A stretch of DNA of 64,000 bases from Lama guanicoe (Eukaryota): positions 2,992,283 to 3,056,282 of the forward strand of contig MU053561.1 of assembly GCA_013239625.1 (NCBI GenBank). Direction: 5' to 3'. The position numbers were made by a program, and so were the translations under genes. The notes under the pieces are model-generated. The model made no database searches. It was not told where the DNA came from and saw only the letters and a list, made by a program, of their open reading frames with translations. Below are positions 11,401 to 21,728 of the stretch, in pieces. Position 1 is the stretch's first letter, and each line of letters opens with the position of its first letter.

Positions 11401-14400
11401 GGTCATGACATGTGAGTGTCTTACCCGTCCTTGCAGGTCCAGCTGCCTTGGGCGGCAGGAGGTGCTTCCTAGAGGAGACCTGGGAGCGAGGCCTCAAGAC
11501 AGGCAGGTGTGCGACAGGGGCCACGCCCTCCGCTACCTCTGAGCAGGGCCAGCCCGCAGTACAGCTCCACAGTACCTTTTGCAAAATCAGGGGCCTTTTG
11601 GAATTCAGTGTTTTTCAGATTTGAGGAAGGTAGTATAAACTATTTCTTCTGTGTGTGTTCAGAAGCACTCCACTTATTTATAGGGGGCACCCTATACTCC
11701 TGCATGTGAATATACTTAGTAAAACATGATAATAAATCTTTGTGAAAAAAATCTTTCGGCTTTCAGAACTTAGTGGATTTCGGGATTGAGGATAAGGGGT
11801 TGGGGGCCTGTGTCTGCATTGAATTTGAGCAGACAGATCTGACCCAGAAGAGGAGAGAATTCTCTCCCCTTGGTGTTCCAAGAGGTGGTCTTTTCAAGCT
11901 CATGAGGAAGTTGGAGGTCTTCATGAATTTGTACAGAAAGAGTTCAAATACTATTCTTCTCCATTAAAAAAAAATTAAAAAGAATTACTTTCGTTTTTCA
12001 GAGTCTCCTCCATTACCGACAGTAAACTGCATGTTGAATGATGGAAATATTACACTCCAGTGCATGATACTAGAGCCTCCCAGCAGGCACCCAGACCTCC
12101 TGCAGTACTCATGGGAGTGTCCTCCCACCATGCTGTGTCCAAGTGACTCCAGCTTCTACCCATCTGATATGTATGTTCTGAAGGACAGCGATCTTTCACA
12201 GGAAGTTCAGTGTGTCATTAGCAATCCATTATTCAAACAGAAGTCGTCCATCACTTTGTCAACCTGTGCCCCAAGTGGTAAGTGACCGTATGTGTTACAG
12301 TGGGGATCCTGGACCAGTGGTTGGTGAATCTCGAACCACAGGTGTCGTTGCTCAGGTTCATTTCACAAGTTTGAAACATAAAATGAATTACCGTTTTCCC
12401 AGACACTCCATTCTAGATATAAAGATAACATTTTTCAGGACTTTCTGTGTCAAGCACCACTCTGAAACATATGTTAATTAATTACATCCCCACACGATCT
12501 GGTACTTATCCTCATTTTATGAGGAGAAACTGAGACTTAGTTGGGGGTTTAACTTGCTGCCCAAGGTCAACAGCCAGTAAGTGGTAGAGACTGGTTTTGG
12601 AATCAGGCCATCTGGCTTCAGAGATGATGCTCTTAATTAGTCACCATACTGCTTCTGATATTCTTCATAACCATTGTGCTCTTCAAGGTTGCCCACGTGC
12701 TACAAGAAGGTACATAAGAAACATTTGTCTAGGCTAATAGTTGGTTAATAGCGTGACAATCTGTCCCGGCTATGGTCTTTTATGTTGTTGCTTATGTATC
12801 ATGTATGTTTATAATTTACAATTCTTATTATCTGTTTTTTACATTATATCCCCAGTTTACAGACAGAAGGATCAGTCATTCGAAAGTGGTTCATTAAAAC
12901 ATAAGAGATGAAAATAGTAAATATTGTATTTCAGAGTGACATCACACTTGTAGGGTGAACAGGATTCCAGGGCAAATACAGAGTGTGGGTCTCCCTGGAC
13001 TGGGATAGGGTGATTCCATGAAGAAATTTCTTTTCTGGACAAGCAACAGAAACAGAAAAGGGCCAATTAATAGATACAAGGATGTTGGTTTGTAAATTGG
13101 CCCCTGTCTATGGAGACCAAGGAGGGACTGAAGGAAGAGGCAGGCCACCCCCACGAGCAGGGGTAAGTGTTCACCAGCCAGGCAGCTTCCTCATGAGGCT
13201 CATCTTGGGCTGCAGGACCAGTCCATCTCTGTCTCTGCCCACCGAATCTTTGTATACAGGCTTTCACTGGGTTCAGCCACATGCACCGCCCAGATGGCCT
13301 CTCAGCTCTTGAAAGTCTCTCTAGGCTGCGTCCTTGACAACAGTTCCCGTGGCAGGACCGGAAAGTGTACGTTCCAAGCACAGAATGGAGTGAGGAGCCT
13401 CCGATTGCCTGGGTCCAGTTCTCCAGTAAACTTGCAGTCACATTTTTTTAATGACTTCTTTCAACAAATGTATATAAAAACACTTGAATTTTTTTTGATT
13501 CCTGAGCCATTCTCCATAAGTCTCCCATGTGTCGTACTTTTTTGAAACTTTTCAAATAATAACATAAAGCCATTAGGTTGTACTATCATTTTCAGACAAA
13601 GCAGGGTGCCTTCTTGGGTAACACAAATATTTCCAGAAAAAGTACAAAATAACTTCCAATTCATAATTGATAGATTTGATCCCTAAAAACAGAGAAAAGA
13701 CCAAACCCATAGAGGTGTCACTCAAGAGGCACCACGTGCATTAGTCGCATGATTGCCAAGAAGATACGAAAACCGGCTGCAAAGTTAATGATGGTTATTA
13801 TGCTGGGAGCAGACATGCCTTCATTAATTCCACTTACTGGTTTTGCATAATACTCAAAGCATACAGTGTGGAAATGCAATTTATGTGCTAGCAGATAGTT
13901 GCTTTACAGTGAGAACAACAAGAAACAAAACTAGTGTGCTTGTGGCTTTGACATGAGTGCAGTACACGTAACCGACAGAGAGAAAGAAGATCCATCCACG
14001 GCATGAACAAACGAGTTGAAATCTTGAAAAGAGCGTTCAAGTTCCAAGATATTCAAGTGTTCAAAGAGGCAAACCACTTGAAGGGACTTATTTCTGACTA
14101 AGATCCTCTATAGAATTATATGGAATGTTTTAAGATTCTCAAACGTTTTGCCCTTGCATGGTTTTCATTTAACCTTTGCCCTTGGAATTGAATGCCTAGG
14201 GGAGATGCTCTTCCCCACTGATACCCTGAGAAAAGATCGTCACAATAGCATCCCTATCATTGATAGGAAATAAGTGTTATTAATTCACAAACAAACCTTT
14301 TCTGTTATTAAATAATTGCGATTCATCTTTCTTTTACATTTTCCCCCCACATCAATAGTTCACATTACGTGGCAGATTTTGCAAGTTTGAGAAACATTGC

Positions 14401-17400
14401 TTAGATAGTTGTTAAGTCCTGTAAATCCTAGAGTAATGTGGACTCACTTTTCCATTAACCAAATGTGGGAAGACATTTTTCTTTTCTATAAATCTGGGGC
14501 CTGAACTTGATGATCTTAATGGTTCTTTTCAACAATAAAGTCTTGGGTCTCTTTTTCCCATGATGATTTTTAACTCCTTTTCTAGGGAGTTGCATGTGCC
14601 CCAACAGGTACAAATCCATGAAGGAGTAACAGTTACATATTGGCTCTTACTTTTTCAAGTGTTGATTTTTTTTATTCAGACTTTCTAATGCTTTGTCTAC
14701 GAAGCACAGTAAAGCAGACTGACTAACCTGCTGCCCTTCGGCAAACCTTCCACGTAACGGTCCCGGTTGGTTCTCACCGCCACCATTCTAGACTGGTCAG
14801 ACAGGAGTTGTGTAGTTTTTACGAGAAGAGAGACAGGTTCAGCCAGGTGGGGTGACTTGGAGATCACTGAAGTCATGGAAATAGAATTGAAATTGAAGTC
14901 TTCCAGTTTCTGGGGTTTTCTTCCATGGCACCATCCTGACTCTTCATATCTCTCGAAATAAATCAGATTAAGGAAAAAAAAAATTTTGAATTGATTCGCA
15001 GGAATTGGCTTCCGAAAACCATATCATGTTAAATCTTACCACAGACTATGGGGAATTCTGTAGGACCAAGACCAGTTTTCTTCAATAAATAAATTGTAAG
15101 GGGAAAAAAAAGAGAGGTGATTGGGGGGACTAAAGAGATTTAAGAAACATATCAAATAATTGCAATATATGGACCTTATTTAGTTCTGGTTTAAACGAAA
15201 AAAGTAAAAAATAGCAATTTAAACTGACTGCATATTTGATTATGTTGAACACAATTCATTTTTAAGTATGTTAATGGCATGGTTATCTTTTACCAAGAAT
15301 CCTTATCTTTTGGAAAGGTATACTCAGACGTTTATAGCTTAAAAAGTGCGCTGTCTGGAGTCAAACAGGGGTTCGCATCTCTGTTTCCTAGCAAGTGGAA
15401 AGGGGCAAGGGGAGGGATAGAATCTGGTCCTCCCCTTTAAAGACTGCATGTGGCATGTATCACTTCCACTCATATTCCCTGGACCAGCCTGAGTTCATGG
15501 CCACATCTAGCTAAAGGAGGCTGGGAAGTCCCCTCCTTAGCTGGCTGGCCACATGCCCAGGTTAAACACAGGAATTCTATTACCGGAGTTAAAAGGAGAG
15601 ATTGATTCTTGGGGAACAAGAGATGCTTCAACCACAGTGCACTACAAGATGAATATACTATCCAATTTTAAAACATACACCAAATTTTAAAGAAGTTGGA
15701 GAATGACATAAACAGTAAATATAAATAGAGGAGGTTTTTTTGCACCTAATTGGTCACCTTATGTTCTCCCTGGTGTGTGTGTACCTAATTTGGAAACTCT
15801 TAGTCTAAGCAAGAGAGCATGGTGTCTGGGACTAGGGTGATAGCAGCAGAGCTGGGAGAAGTGGTTCGGGTTAAGATACATTTTGAAAATAGAACCAAGA
15901 GGATTTTCTGGTGGTTTGAGTCGGGAAAAAGGGTGCCTACTAAGAAACATCAAATGACTCCTAGACTGCTGGCCCAAGCAACAGAATGAATCGTGTTACT
16001 GTTTGTTGAGGCTGGAAAGCAGGGGAACAGCAGGTGTGTAGAGGAAATACACAAATATGGGACATGTTTGAGTTTCCTATTAGATCCAAATGGAGACATC
16101 AAATAAGGCACTTTGACTGGTGAGTCTAGGTTTCTAGTGAACGGTCAGGGCTGGAGATATAAATTTGGGCATAATCAGAGTAGAGGAGGCATTTAAATAA
16201 AGCCTTGGGACTAGACGCGATCACTTGGAGAAAGCAGTTGTCGGAGAGAGGTGTACTGGGACTGAGTCCTGGGGACTCCAGCATCTGGAACGTGTGTATC
16301 GTGCACCGCGGTTTCCACCATTCTGTTGCCCCTTACACACATGACTGTGAAAGGGCTGGGTGTACTGGTTAGGGGAATAACAAAGAAATGTTAGTAAATT
16401 GGTAATCTGCAAATACGGAATCTGCAAATAAGAAGGATCAACTGTATTGCAGTTTTGGTCCATTCAGCTAATTATATTTCTTCTTTCTTTTTTTTTTTCC
16501 AGATAATACAAGGCACAGATACATGCTTTTTGCAATACTGCCAACAGTTGCAGTTGCTGTGCTGTTTTTTAAATGTATGTATACTTTCTTTCTTGTTTTT
16601 AAAGCTTTCTTTTTTCTTTCTTTCTTTTTATGTGGGGGAGGTGGGGGTAATAGGTTTGTTTGTTTGTTTGTTTGTTTATTTAATGGAGGTACTGGGGATT
16701 GAACCAATGACCCCGTGCATGCTCAGGAAGCACTCTACCACTGAGCAGTAGCCTCCTCACCCCATCGCGTATTTTCTTTAAAAAGAAAAAGTTTGCAGAC
16801 CTGAATTGTTTTTTCAAAGGCCAGGAAATGATTAGTGTGAAGATGAAAACAGAGTTTGAAATTTTAGACATTTCGAAAGAAACAAAACCTTTTTCATTTT
16901 ACTTGTTGTCTGGGGTTGCTGAGTGTGTCAGGTTCCCCAAGATTCCGAATTATCTTAAGGCAGAATGAATCCTCGAGCCCTAGAGAGCTTTACAGGAGTT
17001 GGAACACAGCCAGGTGTACCTGGGACTGTTCCCCAGCCCCCTGTCTGTGGTCCACTTCAACAGATAGTTATACTTCTGGTCTTCAAGCCAGATTTTGCAA
17101 AAGACCTCTTACTGCCATGCTTATAATTTCTATGACCCATAGCCCAGAAGGAGATCCAGGTAGGATGGGGCTATTGTTGAGCTGGGTGACCTGGAGTGGG
17201 TACAAATGACCTGAGATTACCTGTATTGCCTTCCTGAGCCTTCCTCAGTCCCCTGAGATCTTGGGCCAACCCAGAAAGCAATCCATATGCCATGGAGAAC
17301 TGGTGACCTGGTCCCAGCATGTTCTGTCCCGGTGACAGAAACCAAAAGGAAATTCGTGAGACCGATTTGTCGCCCGCACAGGGAAGGTTGAAGAGTAAGC

Positions 17401-19090
17401 TTTCTCCAAGGTGATGGCATCCAGGGTCCATGGCGTTTCATACTCATGTCTTGAATCAAGTTCACAAATGAGATTTCAGTTTCCCTAGACTTGCATTGTT
17501 CCATACAGTGGGCACTAGCCACATGTAGTGATTTAAAATATAAAATTAAATTAAATTAAATTAAAAATGTAGTTCCTCAGTTTGCACTAGCCACATTTCA
17601 AGGCTCAGTGGTTACAGATGGCTAGTTGTTACCATGTTAGACCAAACAGAACAATTCTGTCCTCACAGAAAGTTCTGTTGGTCAGTACTGCCTTAGACTA
17701 TTTTGGGATATTAGCAGTAGACTGTGATTTCCTGAGGGTACCATTCCCATATTATAGCTTGCAAATACCATAAAGATCCCTAAGTAATAGATTATCAGTC
17801 AATTGACTCTCCTCTAAACTTATTTTAAAAAAATCAGCTGAAGAAAGTTTTAGGGCATCATTACCAATAAATAAAATATTTTGGGAGCTCAAGTGTTCAT
17901 TTAAAAAAGTTATTTTTAATCCCCAAAGAGCAGTATTATAGTTAATCATCTCCTTAACAGATTAGTCCTCAGAAATGAAAATTATTTTCCACTGAATGTT
18001 TTCCTGGGGGTTTACCACCAGAACTCCTGAACCAAAGAAAAGTAGCACTGAGTACCCATATAACTCCGAACAGCTGGTTGGTCTAATTGAAAAAAAAAAA
18101 AGATTTATTCAGTGGAGGGAAACTTAATCCAGTGGTCAGTACTGGTAGCGCCTGAAAAAGAATTGTTCAGAAAAAAAAAGGTTCAGCAAGTACCTCACCC
18201 CTAAAGCCAATAATTGGAAGGTGAGGCATTTGACAGGGAGCCTTCAGAAGGGGAAAGAGTTGAATATAAACATCTCCCACTACTGGCTGTAGTTGACAAA
18301 CACTTTTAGAGCTCAGTCAAGTCTGTGGACACAGAGGCTGGACCATTAACATGGCTACAGGTTAGAGCTGATGCCTCTGATGGGGAGGAAACTGATGCAA
18401 ACGTGTGGGACCGTATCTTAAAATCCAAACCAGTGCTGTGCTGAATGGTAGCCACAGGTCACAGGTGGCTCTTGAATCCTTGAAATGTGGGAGTCCAAAG
18501 TGAGACACGCCGTCAGAAAAAAAAAATAGACACAAAATTTATAAGACTTAGTTAAAAAAAAAAGACTACAAAGTATCTCATTAATAATATTTATATTGGT
18601 TATATGTTAAAATCATATTTTAGTATGTTGAGCTAATAAGTAAAATATATTAAGAATTAATTTTACCCATTTCTTTTTACTTGGTAATGTGGCTACTAAA
18701 CATTTCAAATTACTTACGTGGCTCACACTCTATTCCTATCAGGCAGTGCTGGTCCAGACCGTTCTAGGCTCCCTTCATCCTTAGCTTTACGCACAAGCTG
18801 CTATAGAAAAAAACATTTCATCAATAGTTTCTGTTTTTCTGTCATTGGACAACCAATTTTTGAACAACTCTTTGGCCCAACTCTGTAGCCAGTTTGATGT
18901 AAGCATTTACATTTAGGAGAGTTAGGAAATGCCAGCTCCACAGGGCTGTACTTTAGAATTTCCCTGGTTTAGGCTTCTCGCCAGCAACTCCAGATTTCAG
19001 CATCCTTTCTGTTCTTTAATTGAGATGAAAATGTCTTCATTTGTAGGTTTTCTGGTACGTCGTGGTCAGCACACGAACGCAGAGAACTAG
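5164..19090 (+). CDS. CD58: CD58 / lymphocyte function-associated antigen 3 (LFA-3), spliced and 5'-partial: join(5164..5460,12002..12277,16503..16574,19047..19090)
   Basis: Four GT-AG exons join in phase 1 into one open frame: FTSCNSQPIFGALNGNVTL..WKKGKDKVVELD..DEDEYEIESP / ESPPLPTVNC..YSWEC..QCVISNPLF..STC / DNTRHRYMLFAILPTVAVAVLFFK / CFLVRRGQHTNAEN*. The motifs WKKxKDKVxE, DEDEYExESP, SNPLF and RHRY are recognisable CD58 signatures. Confidence 0.95.
5995..6505 (-). mobile_element. L1 3' end fragment (older subfamily)
   Basis: T-rich tail and ttagattccacctgtgagatcatacagtattt..tctgacttatttca; minus-strand ORF 6304..6507 resembles the ORF2 C-terminus. Confidence 0.8.
6510..7500 (+). mobile_element. 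L2 LINE fragment
   Basis: catgtcccaaaatgagctc, ctccatccttgcagttgctcaggc, aaatcagatcatgtcactc. Confidence 0.75.
9985..10372 (-). mobile_element. L1MA/MB-type 3' fragment
   Basis: ttttattgtggtaaaatatac..cattaaatacattcacgttattgtgcaaccatcaccacc..ttggcttatttcactt. Confidence 0.8.
10677..10699. repeat. (TG)n microsatellite
   Basis: About 11 uninterrupted TG units. Confidence 0.9.
10870..11033 (+). mobile_element. Short L1 3' end
   Basis: agcacagggaactatgttcaatatcttgtaataacc...tacttcaattaaaaaaaaa. Confidence 0.8.
12002..12277 (+). CDS. CD58: CD58 exon 3: Ig C2-set domain
   Basis: Acceptor tttttcag (AG 12000-12001) and donor gtaagt at 12278; 276 bp, phase 1-1; six cysteines; overlaps ORF 12031..12285. 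Confidence 0.95.
15800..16290 (-). mobile_element. L2 LINE fragment
   Basis: tccaaatggagacatcaaataaggca, gggctggagatataaatttggg. Confidence 0.7.
16320..16446. mobile_element. Tigger-family DNA transposon end
   Basis: atctgcaaatacggaatctgcaaataagaaggatcaactg followed by TA. Confidence 0.55.
16503..16574 (+). CDS. CD58: CD58 exon 4: stalk plus transmembrane segment
   Basis: Long polypyrimidine tract with AG at 16501-16502 and donor gtatgt at 16575; 72 bp encoding (D)NTRHRYMLFAILPTVAVAVLFFK. Confidence 0.9.
16600..16765 (-). mobile_element. Vic-1-like SINE just downstream of the CD58 exon 4 donor
   Basis: T-rich tail, then aatggaggtactggggattgaacc..gcactctaccactgagc. Confidence 0.88.
17488..17692. 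mobile_element. hAT-Charlie MITE (MER3-like)
   Basis: cactagccacatgtagtg..aaattaaa..ttcctcagt..cactagccacatttcaag..cagaaagttctgttggtcagtactg. Confidence 0.75.
18430..18752. mobile_element. hAT-Charlie MITE (MER33-like)
   Basis: cagtgctgtgc..atggtagccac..ttgaaatgtgg..aatgtggctacta..cgtggctcacac..ggcagtgctg. Confidence 0.75.
19047..19090 (+). CDS. CD58: CD58 exon 5: short cytoplasmic tail and stop codon
   Basis: Acceptor ttcatttgtag (AG 19045-19046); reads (C)FLVRRGQHTNAEN then TAG at 19088-19090, directly followed by donor gtaagg. Confidence 0.82.
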
Positions 19091-21403
19091 GTAAGGATCC
19101 TGTGGACTGCACAGTGGGTACATGGTGTATCATGTACTAGGCGCAGAACAGCCCTGATGGAGAAGGCCTGCTTCTCAGGGAGCCAGGTTCTACTTATCTG
19201 TCAGTCTTCTTGAACAGTAATAAGTAACATCAGGAGATGTGCTAACTGCAGTTCATTAAGCACCAACTGGTTGTCCAGCACTGGGCTGGCCACTTTCCAT
19301 ACACTTCTCACTGAACCCTCTCGATGAGCTTTGCATGGGGGTATCGTTACAGCTGGCTTAGAGACAGTGAATGTGCGACTCAGAGAAGTCAAGTCACATT
19401 GCTAATAAGTGGTAGAGCTAAAATTCATAACTAGGTCGCCAGACTCCAGGGATTATCCTGTTAACCGCCACAATATACTCCCTCCTTCTCCCATCCCAGG
19501 AAGACTGTACACAGGTTGGGTTCACTTCAGGAGCCAAGGTCCGAGCCAGGCCCATATCATGAACAAAAACAGGATCCAGACACAGTTACCAGCAGCTGCT
19601 GCTTTGGCATCAGATTGAAGAACTGGCAAAAGAGACAACATTTGCAAGAAGATCTTTGGAAGTCAGAGGCATTAAAATGGGGTGATATTGGAATAGGGAG
19701 CCATTGTAGGTTCTGGAGCAGGAGAGATTTGCATGAAAAACATGGTTCTGGGATGATGAGTCTAGGAAGATAAAACTAACATCTTAAGGTAACATCCTGG
19801 GGAGAAACCTACATAGCGTGGGGCTCTGTGTGCTTACTTTTCTCAGTGTATTTTTGTTACTCAGATTTTATACTTTGTGTGCTTCCTTTGTGTGTGTGTT
19901 TTCTTAACAGAACACATTTTCATGGAAAAACAAATAATTGATATTTTATACATTGCATTTTCTTCAGCAAATCTCTAGTAGGGGCTCACTCGTATTTCTA
20001 TAATAGTTCGACACTGCAGATTGGCCTATGTAGAAACAGCTGAACTTTCATATGAAGTCAACTCCCCCTTGATTGCAGAATTCACGTTTTCTCAGATACC
20101 TTTTAGATTTAAAGAGCCCACTGTGGCTGCAGCGGGGGGCTCCCTAAACTCAACTGTTAAAGAGTTATAGATATGATGGAGGGGCAGGGATTGGGGAAGG
20201 AGTTGGGGAGGGGACAAGCATAACCAGGAAGAGATGCAAAATTGTCACATCTCCACGAGGACAGTATCAGGAAGAACTTAAGCCCAGTTAAAAATATCTG
20301 AGGACAACCAAGCAGAGAACAGATATCTGAGGGAAGACGGACATGCTATTACACTTCTCACCAAGACAGTTCAGTTTAGAGAGCTTCCTGGAGAGCTGGT
20401 CATTATCCTGTTTCATGCAAATGTCTGGGAAGCAGATCAATCGAATGAAAAAGGGAGCAGAGTCCCCCATTTCTCTGGGAAGAAAGATTTGCAAGTGTTC
20501 TCAGCCCGAAGGAGAGCTGAGATGCAGACCTGATTCTTTGGCAGTGGATGAACCTGGCTGTGGGAGTGGGTGAGAGGACCCCTGGGGAGGGGGTGGGGGG
20601 GAAGGGGGGTGCAAATCCCCAGGAGGGGCTTCCCTGCAGAGAACTGTGCCTGCCGGAGCATTGGAGCAGCGCTGCCCACTTTATCCCCCTCAACAGTCCA
20701 CAGCTCCCCTTTTCATGTTGTACGAGGTTCTTAAGAAGGAAAACTCCTATTTGCTTTCCTTTACCTCACCTCTGTGACTCCAGCGCTGATTTTTCATAAA
20801 CTCCTTTTACCAAAGGAATGCAGGTAGTTTGGGAACTCTGGTCTGGTCTGGTCTGTGGAAATACAGGCAGTGGGGAAGACAAAAAGCCACGAAATGGAAT
20901 CTCAGTTTGAAGGGACTTGCTCAGGCAAGGCTGTAACTTGGTGTTTGGACTGATTTCCTCTGAGCTTCCCAAGAGTGTTCTGTCATCACCAAAGAGGTGA
21001 CTAAACAGGAAGAGAAACTGAGGTGGGAAGAAAACCATCCCCAAGGAGATTCATGTGGCAAAGAAGGAAATAACTCTTAGAAGGGGTGACAGTTTACATA
21101 CGGGTCTTACAGACTCAGCTCTGTTATTTGGAAATTTCAGTTACACTCAAAGGCTGCCTTGGTGTGAGGAGATGGGACTAATAATTAGTGCTGTGCACTG
21201 AAGACAGCGCTTCTGGTGGAACTCCAGCTGCCAGCCCACGAGTGCCCAAGAACAGTCTCCCTCCCTCTCTGCTCCCTAGCACCCTTGCTTTTGATGTGTG
21301 TATCACAAAAGGCTACCCACATAAGAATGGGAGGGTAATTAAGACTCAGACTGCAACCGAGATTGACCTCACTTTATACTAATCTGAGACATTTATTTCA
21401 TAG

Positions 21404-21728
21404 CATTGGTTCTTTGGTAACAGAAGACAAAATCAAGTGGCTGGGAACTAAGTTATTGTAATAACTTTGAGAAGGGCTCTGATTTACCATTCAAGTATTA
21501 CGTTATCCTTCAGGAAACCGTGGAAGCCTCACTTGAATAGATCCTTCATAAGAAGCAATGTTGTACAGAAGAAATGACAACTAACAAATGCTAAGCATTC
21601 ATTTCTACTCTACCATCAACACTGACTGTGACTGGATGCTGTCTTGTCTCTCAGTTTTTTTTTTTATTGTATATTGTTTGGAGAGACCTAAATCTTTGTA
21701 AATAAATGTAAGTATGTACATAAGTGAC
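21404..21728 (+). other. CD58: CD58 terminal exon (3'UTR)
   Basis: Acceptor atttatttcatag (AG 21402-21403). The segments ttggtaacagaaga and tttgtaaataaatgtaagtatgtacataagtga resemble the human CD58 3'UTR as I recall it. The 3' end is approximate. Confidence 0.75.
21701..21706 (+). terminator. Polyadenylation signal AATAAA of CD58
   Basis: AATAAA preceded by TGTA and a U-rich stretch, at the end of the inferred last exon; a second AATAAA lies near 21763. Confidence 0.7.
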
